From NCBI GenBank assembly GCA_965655095.1, contig OZ296649.1, positions 112,406,001-112,470,000 of the forward strand: 64,000 bases of DNA, given 5' to 3'. Shown here piece by piece: positions 1 through 12,300 of the stretch; within the stretch, counting starts at the first letter, position 1; each line of letters opens with the position of its first letter. Position numbers and translations under genes: made by a program. Below the pieces are notes generated by a model that worked only from the letters and a program-made list of their open reading frames with translations, did no database searches and was not told the origin of the DNA. Source of the stretch: Haplodiscus bocki. Taxonomy: Eukaryota.

Positions 1-99
1 TCCAGGCAGACATGTTTCCACTTATGCTCCAAACTGTTTTTATCCGACTTTCCTGGAGGAAAAACTACAACATATTTTCAGAAGTTTACAGTGTGCAGC

Positions 100-3000
100 A
101 AAAACTAACATGCCGCTCGGATTTGTTTTTGGTAACGTTCAAGACGAAGTTTATCGCTAATTTCAAGGACATGAGAATAATTTACTTCTAGAAAGGTCAC
201 TACATTTGCAAACGAAGGAGCCTTGTTGGAGTTGCAGAATGGTGTGGACGGTTTGCACAATAGAGAATTGAGTGCACGAGAGAGACCTCAACCAAATGGA
301 ACTTTTTATTTGCTACGAACTTGACGTTTTTTGCAGCATTGCCAAGAAGCGTTCCTGTTGGTTTTGAATCTGTTTTCTCATCACTTCACCTCGACAAATG
401 TAGGCGAACAAAGAACGTTACAACAACAATTCATGTTTGTGGAGAGCTACTTGCATGCAAAGGACAGGTCAAGAAACATTTGTTGAAAAAACAGCTCATT
501 TCTTGAATGCAATCTTCAATGTCAATTCGAGTTCAACAGTTACGAATTTCCGAGGGGTAGCTCTAAAAGATTTTCCCATCATTGATCACTTAGCAAAAAA
601 TGACATATTAGTGTATGTTTTTGAGGTATCAGATAATGGAAAGGTGGGAAATATTGCTCAAAGATCTTTGCCAAGATTCAAATCAACGGCTACTTTTTTT
701 TGCGTTATAACAAACAATTTCGGTAGTTTACAGATGTGCAAAAGATCTTCAAGGCGTTTCGCTAACCTACCTGGGTTGGTTTTTTCGGAAGAATTGGAAA
801 CACACAAAGACATTTATCGAAGTGCGAAGAGTGGTTAGAAAAAATCCATCCAAAAAAGCTTACCAACACAGTGAAGCGCTTTTTGACAAACTGAGAGCTT
901 TCGATATTGAAATTGTGGAACTCAAAATGTTCTTTAACGACTTTGCCATTTTTGACTTTGAATCGTTTTATGAGAAAGAATATTCCTCGGTTGATGCAGA
1001 AATTATTTTTTGGGTTGGTAAGCAAGAACCAATCTCAGTCTCTGTAGCCTCAAATACGCTCCAGGAACCAATTTTCCTGTGTTCCAATGAACATCACTCA
1101 CTAGGATCTACCTTGGTATCCACTATCGAATTTTTTGCCGTGAGAAGTAGGCTCGAAATGCTTCTCAACTTTCACGTTTTTGGCGCAACTGTTAAAGACG
1201 ACTTGAACGTGTAATGTCAGCAATCAACAAAACAAGAAGGACAACATCGCAATGCGAAGCTTCAATCGAAGCAAAAGATGAGGGAGATGGAAAAATCGCT
1301 GCCTCCACACAGTTTCTATCAACTCAAAAGGAGAAAATAATTGTGCTCCCAGATCAGTTCTACTGTTATGTAAACATTCTGCTTGTTTTTGGATTCAACA
1401 GCGCCGAGTATGATTTAAACTTGATCAAATCGTATCTAGTTCCTCAACCAGTTAATGAAACAGGAATTGAACCAACAGCTGTTATAGAAGTGACTCAGTT
1501 TGAGTCCTTCAAATTCGGCAACATTTATTTACTCGATATCATGAACTTCTTCGGATGTGCTACCAATCTTGATTTTTGTCTCAAAGCATACAAAAGGAAC
1601 AAAACCAAACGATTTTTCACCTAGAAACGATTTGAGGCTATTGGAAAACTGTCCTATTAATCGCTTCCCGCGCACGAAATCTTTTTTTGTCAGTTCCGTA
1701 ATATTTATTAAAACAAGGGTTTTGTTATAATGAAACTCAGCAGTACCTTACCAAACGTGTCGATCTTTTGCTTTCACAGCTCCACGACAGCCAAATTTTA
1801 CCCATTCTCAGAAGGAGTCAAAAATTTGCCGGAGAAAATGAGTGAAGATATGGTGGCAGCACCTTCAAAAGTTTTCACTCGAAAAACGACGGTTGGTAAT
1901 TAAAAAATTCTTTATTTCAGATTGTTTGCAAACAATCGTAGGTATTGAAGCTAGTTGAACCTTTCCATACGCAATGTGTCAGCTAATGCCTATTGGGTTG
2001 TACAAACGCTGGGAATACGTGGTTGACTTACAACGGTTCAAACGAAGATCCAAGACAGCACCATGTTTCGAAAATATAGTTATGGTGTTTTCCCAAAACT
2101 CGTGTCCGAAATGCAATACAGAGAAAGTTAAACAATAGGAATTCAAAAAAATTGATTCTTTTGACGTTGATAGATTTTGTGGTCAATGACACAATTCTTG
2201 AGGCTTGGGGGTGCCTTTTTCCTTTTTCGCAGTGTCACGAAGTAAAACCTGGTGTCACCGATGAAGGCATTGTCATAGGACAGAAAAAGAGGGAAATGGA
2301 TTATTTACGTTGGTCTGATTTGCGAGAGAAGATTAATTCCATCTTAGAGATGTGGAATTGTGAACGGAAACAAAATCTCCGAGAAAACCTTGAGATCAGG
2401 ACTTTTGTTTGATCAGCTTTTCTCCTCAGACGACCTTTGATTTGCAATAACTCTCTTTCTCCCGTATTCGCAGTGGAGACCTCTTTGGTTACGTTCATTG
2501 TGATATCAAGGTTCCACACAGCCCAAAAAAATGAAACCTTCCAAAAAATTTTTAAAAAGTGCTCCGTTCGGACATTGGGTAGTCAATCAAAGAGTATGCG
2601 GAACAAAACAGACTGTAAACTCAACCTCGAAGAAGGTATATATCGAGTTTTCACATTACAGACGGAACGATTAGTGCATCACTTTGATTTTTCAACTAAT
2701 TTTTGTTCTAAAATATACCCAAATTTAACATTTTGTTCAGTAGATTCCATTGAGATGCTTCATCAGCTTTATTCAGTCTGAAGTGAATGCTCGGGGACTA
2801 AGTGACAAAAATCCACATTCTGTTGTATTAGCTGAGACGATGAAACTCTTGGTTAAAAAGTCGTGCGGATATCAATCTATGGATACGGACCGACACACAA
2901 TCATCAAAGATCTGAATGAGAAAAAGCACTCAGAGCCATTGACAGCAACTTTTTCATGAAACTAAAATACCTGAGCGATAATTTTTACAAAGTTGAAGCT

Positions 3001-3652
3001 CTTAAACGCAATGTAGAGCATATGGAATCCGTTATTCCTGGCTCCTTCATCAAACAATAAGCTATGCTGCTCATGCTTGAACTATATGACAACCTTTTCC
3101 GTAAGTTTTGCGGCTTCAATTCATTGAAAAGATGGAAACGGAAACCAATTGTCTCTGCCTAGATCTGCCACATTATTCAGTGGAAGATTGTATCAAAGCT
3201 GAATCGAAAAGTTTCGATGAACAACAGGAAACAGGACTGTAGGCACAATTTTACTGAGAACACGTCCAGTAATTTCTTCCCTCAAATGTTTTGAATCGAA
3301 TAAATCAAATACGACAAGCGACAACCTTGGCTTTTCAAGGAAGAGTTTTGTTGCTCTGAAATGATTTGTCTCTGCAGTAAGACTTTTTACTGCTTCTACC
3401 AGAATACAGAAAAACGGAGTTCAGCAGTAAATGTTTCAACAATAGAACTCCAGAGGAAACTGACGCAGGACCACTGGAAAGATACAGACAAGTGCTTCAG
3501 ACCAAACGAGTGTTTAATCTACGAGTCGTGGATTCCGAGCAATGCAACATTCCGCCTGTACATACGAACAAACGAAGCGGGACTTGCCACATTTTCGTAC
3601 AAAGAGAATTGTTCTGAGTGATGGAGTTCATACAAAACCCCTCCCTTTGTAA
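100..3652 (+). pseudogene. Degenerate Polinton/Maverick(adintovirus)-type protein-primed family B DNA polymerase, with many frameshifts and stops
   Basis: Collinear motifs across broken frames: ExoI 'FAIFDFES' (~940), ExoII 'VFGFNSAEYDLNLIKSYL' (~1385), 'LLDIMNF..ATNL', motif A 'IVGIEAS*TFPYAMCQLMPIGLY' (~1935, DxxSLYP-like), motif B 'MKLLVKKSCGYQSMD' (~2840, KxxxNSxYG-like), motif C 'METETNCL' (~3132, DTDS-like), 'LFKEEF..EMICLCSKTFYC', and C-terminal 'KRIVLSDGVHTKPLPL*' ending at TAA 3650-3652. The 5' boundary is approximate. Confidence 0.85.
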
Positions 3653-6600
3653 ATAAGCTGTCAAATCTATTAAACCTACACTTCGTACTTGAATGAACGT
3701 TTTCCCATTTCTTTAGATTTTCAATTTTGTAAACATTTCTTCTTGTGGTCTCTGACTAATCTTTTTAGGACCTTAATCGAAACTTTTACACAGCAGTATC
3801 CGCAGGCATAACAAGATGTCCGGAGGAGTAATATATTTTTCGCGGCCATAATGTTATTGCATGAATAACTAACTGCCGGTGGAGCGGGGCCCTGTGAAAA
3901 TTGTTCAGCAACCGATAAAGACACATTGGAGTGGGAGAGATGAGCTTTTTCGGCTCTCGGACCCTTTAATCTATTTTAAAACATGAAAGTCATCACACCC
4001 CTGGCTCTCCTGTTCGGCTACGTACTATTTATGACGTTACTCGAGGGAACAACGAGTAACTAGACTGAGATTGGAATGAGAATTGACAAGAAAGAGAAAC
4101 GACATGACCACGACACGGACCTGTACTTACTCTTTCGGACTTACAAGTAAACATTCAACAAAAAGATCATTCGGATTTCGATAAATTCTATCAAATGGGT
4201 GCAGAAAAGACTAAACGAACATACAACAGATCACCTTTGGAAAGGACCCAAAAGTGACGAAAGCCCTCGCCAAAATGTTTGTTGAAAAAATTGATGCCAG
4301 TAGCTTCAGAGATATCTGAGTTCAAAAATCGACGAATTATGAACCCTGGAAGTAGTTATTAAGATTCCACTGTAAGAAACAAAATGGGAAACACGTATAC
4401 TTTTGTCAGTTCAGCCAAAAACATAAGAAATCAAAGCAGTGATTTTTGAGAAAAATGACTTGGAACATTGAGATAAGTATTTAATGATAAGATATATGGC
4501 TCATCAACGTTCCAATTTTGTTGTAAAGAACGATTTTCAAGATTTTTAGAACACGATTAGACTGCCTCAAAAAGCTATTTTTTGATTGTCATTTTTGTTG
4601 GAAATTGAAAAAGATTCAGCTGAATAATCATGACTTTGGAAACCGCGTCATTTTAGGACTACGAGCACTTTCTGGAATTTTTGTTACATCAGGATTCCCC
4701 TGCACGGCAGAAGAAAACTGATGATTTCCAACGGAATATTCCAATACAGGTAGGAAAAACTAAATTAGGACTTTGAGCGAAAAAATTAGGTCAATAGTCT
4801 TGCAGAAACGTGAGGTTGAAAATCAAAATGAGCCCACGCTAAAAACTCTTCTGGCACCTTTGGGCTAAAAGCTTTCTGATGCATGAATGGTATTGATAGT
4901 TTTCCTACACCCAAGACTCCTTTAAAAAGAACCTGTTCACTTGCAATCTTGGTGGAGGAGAATTTATTTGCATTCATGGAGAAATATGACGTTGTTTTTA
5001 GAGATTTATCAAAATTTTTAGCATATTGGCATCCTTTTACTATCAAGATTCCAACGCAAGAAATCGAAGGAATCATTTTGAAATCCAACAGTCCACCACA
5101 AGTGAACACTTTAGGTTGAGACTGTCAAGCAAGAAATAAAATCAGTGGTAATCGAATAGTATGAATTAAAAAAACAGGGAAGAAATGTCAGAACCGATGG
5201 AAAATAGGTGGTATTCTTATAGTTTGAAATTTTAAACAAAAAAAAACCAATGATTCCTATACCAAACTTCAACTACATTAAAAATCTTTTGAGTGAGATA
5301 TTGACGAGATAAATCTACTTTGTACGACGAAATCTGAATATGGATAACGATGTACTTCAGAACTGAAATCATTTTGAGCACTTTGCACTTTTAGGCTTGC
5401 GGCGCAAACATCACAAGGGGCACAGAAACGAGTAATCGTAAATTCATCCACTAATTCGACAAAAAGATTTTGTACGTTGGATGTAGGAGGTAACACGGAA
5501 GTAAAAGGAAACTGAACCAATTGAACTTGCTGGCATTGCTACAGACAGCTTCAAATGTCCAACAAGGTTGCAAAAAATGAGTTTGCAATCATCTAAATAC
5601 CTTATACAAGAATTGGGTTGGGTTCCTGAAAGAAAACAAACGAGACATTCGAAAGAATCCTGATAATCTCCGCCAACCGTTCTGCCTGAGCGCACCAGAA
5701 AGAAGTAACCATACCTTTTTTTCCTGAGGGAGGGCTTCCCCAAAAACTCTGACTTTCTGTTTGAAAGAAAGATTCTGTCGAAGAACAAACCTTTCAATAG
5801 TCGTTTTGCGGCGTTTGTACTATCTTCTTCACTTGTGACAAACTTCTGGTTTCATAGAAGCTTTCGGTCAGAAAAGCGTGTTTTTTGAAACTAATCTTCT
5901 TGTTGAAAGCTGCCAGCAAGCTCGCCAGACATTTTTTATCCAGAATCATGAATTTCTTTCCATATGCAATTGGCAAATTTTTTAAAAAAAATCGGAAAAT
6001 TGAATGATGTTTTTCCATGTAAGAAGTATATGCAAAAACGACGGCAAGTTAACCAATATGATGTAATTTGACCAAAATTTCTGGAAAAACAAAAACCTAA
6101 CGAACGATAAAAATTTAGACAAATTTCTGTGAAAACTTGTAAGCTGACACAAAATGGCGCTCCGATACACTTCCAATGATGTTTAGCAAGGGCATCAATT
6201 AACTGAGGAAAACAGCTCAATTCTCTCTCGTGAAAGTTCCAATAGAATAAATTGTACAGAAAAAATGTCACATTGTATACGAATTGGAAAAAAACAAACG
6301 CTCGAAAGCGACCCTGCGCACAAACATTCAAATCCAGCAATATATGTGCGCAATCCATCGGGTACGCTTCGACAAATAACCCATCAAAATCAGCGGAAAC
6401 CTCTGGGAAAGTTTGAGGATTTTAACAAAATCCTTGAATTGGATTTATACCTTTCTCAAAGGACTGAAAGTGGCAGACCGTCTCGGGAAAACCTATTGAG
6501 CCTGCTACGAAATTTTTTCCATGAGAACGCGCGAGACCTCTCATGAAAAATGCGATTTCTTCAACTTTTCATTTTTGAAGTTTTTTGTGCATCTTCGGAA

Positions 6601-9600
6601 GTTATACTTAACAGAGGCAGCCTCGTGAACAAGCAAGCTCGGATTCGACTGACAAAAAGGTGTTTTAAAAGCATTGGGCATGAAGAACGTATTCAGAGCG
6701 GTAGCTGGCGCGAATTTATCCTATCTGACATGTTTGTGGCAGATTGCCCAATTGGAAGGAGGAAACTCCGAGAAAAAGCTTCAATCACTTCTATAGTTGA
6801 TTGACTTGGAAGTCCTCAAAGAGTCATTCTGAAAGAACCTATCAATTTTTGATTTTTCTGAATATGATCTTTCTGTTCCCAAGTAGCCTGTATTGCGCAG
6901 TCACACAGTTGATTTGGGAGACAGAAGAACACCAATCACGCAAAGAATCCATAAATTGGCGACGTGCTGGAAAGGACGTTTCTCTAGCATTGTATGTTTT
7001 ATTTCACAGAAAATTACAAAGCAAAGTCCTCGCTAATAATTTTTTGCACTCCTCTGTAGAAAACGAAATTTCATTTACTTCCGAAAACTAGCAATTTCTT
7101 GTTCACCTTGAACCACTCAAAACAAATGGTAAGGTACATTTTTGGAAATGCCGAATTCGTAACGCCGTATCTGTGCTTGTTTTGTTTCAGTTAGGTCTTT
7201 TGGGTAAAAATTTAACAAGTGAAGTGCGATAATTAGGTAGAACTCCCGAAAAAAGTTGATTCTTGTGTAGCTCAAACTGTTGAAAAGCCCCAATCAGGCA
7301 TATTCTTCAACACAAGAGTTGTTCTGGTTTGTAATTCCGCCTCTGCAGCGCATTTGTTTGGCCTAATAGCCGGACAATTCATATGGACGTCAAAACTGAA
7401 GAAGGTTCAGGAAATTTGTAAATTGGATCTCTTTGCCTTGTTTATAATGGTGAAAAGCATTTTTTCAGAAAAACACCGAACACTTGGCACAATTTTCCCA
7501 AAAAATCATGTTTTTAGTTAAATTGATGCTAGATGCGTAGTAAAAAAGGTAAAAAAAGTCGACGGCCCCTCCAACTATCGGGTTTTTGAATGAGCACTAG
7601 ATGGCTTCAATCCAACACATTCACTCTGATGAAATAATAATTTCAAGAAGACACCACTAAATTTCACTCCAACCCCAAGTTTCGTGAAAGGATTTTTCTC
7701 GCAATAAGAATCCTGTTCTTCCAAAAAACATTTTTATTTGAAAAAGTTGTTCAAATAAGAAAATTGTGATCGAAAAACGGACAAATTTCTTCTGATTTTG
7801 AGAAAATGAGTTTTGCAGCGGATATTTGTCTTTCTCGGGTGCTTCGCCAGAAAAAACATCAAAAACCGTTTTTCGAAGTTTGGCGCTTCCCATGTAATTC
7901 TACAAGGTTAACGAATTAATTTGACATCAAAACATTAGCACAAAATTTCAGGACCACAATTGACCTAAACGAGCAAACTGACAAAATCGAGCATGAACAA
8001 AATCTCGCAACAACAAAAAACACCCATCGTTCGTCATTAGCCGGAGCTTTGTCAGCTTAATAAGCAATAGTTGACAATGAACAGGACATATCTGCAGCAA
8101 CTTATCATCTAGAAATAAAGAAGGACTCTAAACAGACGTTAACTACCTAAGCAGAATTAGAAAGGGGCAAATCACACCCAGGAGGTCACAGAAAGTAAGC
8201 ACAGGCACTATTCTACTCTCTCCCAATTTGATTCTTCCCTTCTCTCGGTTTATCTGTCATTCACTGGTTACTTGGCGTTTGAGATTTCAGAATTTGAAAA
8301 AAGAAAGCATTTGAGCTTAAAACTATTGCTTAACACCTAAAAATTAACGTAAAATTGTTTATGAAAAATTTTCTGTGCCGAAACTCAATAGGAGTTTTGA
8401 AGTGCAAACTTTTTATTGTACCTTTTTTTACAGAAACTGAACTCCAGATGATCCAGAACCCAATTAGTTATTAAAAATTTTAATTTCTCAAATTCTGAGC
8501 CAAAATTGAAGTAAAAATTTTGTATTCATAACCTTGGTCGATTAATTTGTTGATGCCGATCATTCTTTCCCTTTTTTTACTACATATGTTTTTATTCATG
8601 GTTATTTCGAGCGCTTAAATTCTTGAGAACTCGTGCATCATAGCAGTCTTCGTAATAAAGCTTGAAAGAAATCTTTCTTAGAAAGGATTCGCTTTCAATT
8701 TACTGCTGCTTTCGGATTGTATTCTTTCTGCGTGTAAACTGTCTCCCATAAAAACTTCATTTTTGTCACAGCAACCTAGGAATTACATGCATCATTTTTC
8801 CGTCTGGAGGAGCACCTGGTAGAAGAAATGCGAAAAATTGCCACAGTGGCATCACATTAAATGAATCGACTGTTGTTATTTCAGTTGGATTCACATGAAA
8901 GTTGATCTTCCGCCGTTGCATGAATAATTGATTTGTCTGCCACGGTCACCGCCGCTGGCTGTGATGTTTGGAGATGAAACAAGCCTTCTCTTCCATTTGT
9001 GGTATTATTATTCTTCCCGACCCCTCCCCTGGAACGCGTCCCTTCTCCCTTGGCTTGGCAGGTTGGTCACGTGCGTGGTGGAGTTTGACTAAAGATGACT
9101 TGATTGGATTGCAAGTTTCAACTATGATGCGCAGCGCAAGCACAGGCCTGCAAAGCTGGACCCTTTAATGTTTCTTTTTCTCGGGACATGTGTATGCTTT
9201 TTTTGGTCTTAGCTTTCACATTTTCCTCAGGAGCCTTTGATGTCTCACAATACCGCCACAAGTGGGAATGACACGCGTGAACAAGTAGTGCTCTCACTAA
9301 ACAATGCAACTTCTTCTTTGCGAAAGCCAGCCGACCACAAAAGGGGTGTCAGCTTTCATTCAGCCAGCCTTGGCATAGTTCCACTCGTTACTCCTATACG
9401 CACATCTTTTGTTTTTCATAGAATTACTCATTTTTTTCAGACTTCAAAGAATTTTCAGCCGCCTAATTGTCAATTCGGCTACTTGGTGCGCATTAATCAT
9501 GTGCAATGAAACTCCAGCGGTGATTAATTCGGCAGAGAAAGCAATAGACCCTTGATTTCACAAAGCTAGTTTTTCTTCCTAGTTGCTGGATGAACAAGAA

Positions 9601-10949
9601 ATACACAATATAATAATAAGGTTTGGATGCTATTCATCGTTCTAGCTTGCTGTACAAGCCAGAATCCACTGATTATTAATTAATCTCAAAGTAATTTTAA
9701 AAACCGGCAGATTTTGAGATCAAATAAACTAGAACAGTGCACTTATCAGTATGCGATCAGAAATGTTTTCATTAAAGACGAACATTTGATACACATTCCC
9801 TGTCTTTTCAAGGGTACGAGCCTACATTCAATTGATAAAACTCTCTTCTAAAAACACGAACAATATCATTGGTCCGAATTTTTTGCGCTACTCCGTTTTC
9901 TTGATTCGAAAACTTTTCAAAAACGAACAGTTAATAGTTTTCATAATACATAAAAAGCATTCACTATCACCAAATTTTGAACAACCATCAACTTTCAGTT
10001 TCCGGCTTATTTCAGCACGATATGAAATAAATAACTCGACATTTTGGTCATCCAAGCCACTGACTGACATGTTAGCTAACTAGACGTCCCGCTTACAACG
10101 GTACTGTTCCGTTCTTAGGCGAGCGGAGCGAAGCCTATTTGCACAATGACACATCAAAATGATTTCCTTTATTTTCCGTCCGTGACATCCCTGTGCGATT
10201 CATTTCTTTAAATCTTAATTTCTCAACACCTATTGGTCGAATTTGACTGACTTTTAGAAAAACTCTACGACGGGTTCACGATCCATCATATCTCAAACTT
10301 TCGGCCGCCGAATTTTTTTTCGGCGAGTTATTAGCGAAACGAAATTCAATTTTATGATTTTTCAGACGGCAAAGGCAATGTTTTCGAGTCAAGTTTTTTC
10401 AAAAAGCTAGGAAATGCTGATGTTTTTGCAAAATTCTACGGAACACTTTTCCATTGAGTGGCTCGTTGTATTATTTTAGGTCAAATTTTTTATCGGCCAG
10501 CTTTTGCCAACAAACAAGCTCAAATCTATTTCTTTGAAATATATTGTGACACACCGCTTGCCCACTGCGTTTTTTAACTTTGATGCCAATTTTTTACAAG
10601 CACAATAGTAGGGTGCGTTTCTTGATAGCTCACTTGGAATTGAAAGGTCATAATTGACCGGGGCAGAAATTTTTGACAGCCGGAATAATTTCGCCTGAAA
10701 TTTTGGCCAAAACAATGGAGAATCTAGGTCTTTCGGGAAACCCAGCGGTACCTTATTAAACGTTTCTGGCATACTGTGATTTGTATGGCATCCCGAAGCT
10801 GTCTAAGTGATAGAATTTGAAGCGTCACCTGTCTCAACTTAATAGCCGAAAATTTTCTGATTTTTCCACGCGATTTTAGCCGAGTATTTTCAGGGAAAAA
10901 AGAATTTCAAATAAATTATTGCATCATCCAAGTTTCCGCGTTGAGCGTG

Positions 10950-12300
10950 CCCAGTTAGGATACATATCACTCGTATTGGGAAATGCAATAAGCAAGGCAA
11001 ACAGTGGTTGCTTTTTGAAGCTAGATTTCACTCCGAACGAACTTCTCAAGAATTATTGCCGAAAATTTTCGAAAGTAGGTTTCCTTAGGACTAAGTCTTT
11101 TCTAAGGACATTTTATTCCGTTCTACGAACAACAGAAGTAAACTGGGTTTTTTGACTCCCACTGGGATACACGGAGAAACAGTCGAAAGCTTTCGAGTGT
11201 ACGATAAGTCGTAGCAAGTTGGTCTGCCAAAGGTACTTTTTAGATGCAGAGCTGTTTATGTCAATTGCTTCCGTCTTTCACTATAATTTAAAACCTCTCA
11301 CAACATGTATACTTTAGGCTCCCCTGTGGGAACTCAATCAACATTCACATCCCCTCAGTGTCCATACGACCTTCGAGTTTTACGAAAAATATTTTAATCG
11401 AGATGTTTGAGAAAAAATATCGAACATACGTGTTTCCGGGACTTTTTTTGTTTCTTTATTCGTATTTCGTAAGATGATACCTAACGCCCTAGTTGTCAAA
11501 CTCAGACACGCTGTTGGTCTGAAGCCACATTTGCCAAATGGGGACTGAATTTCGCTGACTTTTAATTCGAAGTGTTTTTGGTAGATTTTTTGGAAAAAGG
11601 ATAATTGGGTTTTCTCCGCACTTATCTTCATTCTACGTCCTCCGCCTAATCTTTCCGATTTTTGCCACATGCTCTTTGGCATTGGCTTGTAATGTGGCCA
11701 GAGATGTATTTCAGAGGTTGAGTACTTTCGCAAGTGCTGCTTGAAGCAACTTAGCGCCTACGTTTTGGCTCTATGTCGACCATCCTGCTTAATCAGGATT
11801 TAACACCGACAATTTACAAAATTGAATTTTAAACCCTTGAATTTGCCCTAAAATCTTCAACTTATCGCCGTTGATTGCATCTCCCGATTAGTTGAAAACC
11901 CTCCGTCTTCATTCATCGCACTCATGGTATTTTTTCTAGAAAATCGTCTTGGACAGTGGAAATTTACCCGATGATGGGAGCTTCTTTGAACTTGGATAGG
12001 AATTCGGTTTTTGGCGATAACCGTTTCATGTAAATCTGCGTAGAGAGCTTCTTGCGGGGAGTACCGTTCATTCCCAGAAAAATTTCATCAAACCCTCATG
12101 ACTTGCGAGTGGCCAAGCCTCGTCTGGATGGTACATCGCATCCTTTTTTGAAGTTTTCCTTTTTCCAAATTGACCTGCCAGCCTCACTTCCAGGTATTTC
12201 TTCCCTAAACAATGTTCGAAAGAATCAATGTTTACAAAAGTTAACGCTTTCATACATTTTCAGTGTGTAAACGGCCATATTTTTGCCCGAACATCAGCCC
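10950..12300 (-). mobile_element. Highly degraded non-LTR retrotransposon RT fragment
   Basis: Minus-strand 'GTPRKKLS' (~12060, GxPQG-like) followed by 'RRMKISAEKTQLSFF' (ORF 11380-11733), which resembles the post-YADD 'W+MK+N..KTQ' block of LINE RTs. Boundaries are approximate. Confidence 0.4.

Noticed and set aside
4011-4160. Possible short solo LTR (TGT...ACA with an internal GTTACTCG/CGAGTAAC hairpin)
   Set aside because: No target-site duplication, no partner LTR or PBS, and very short.
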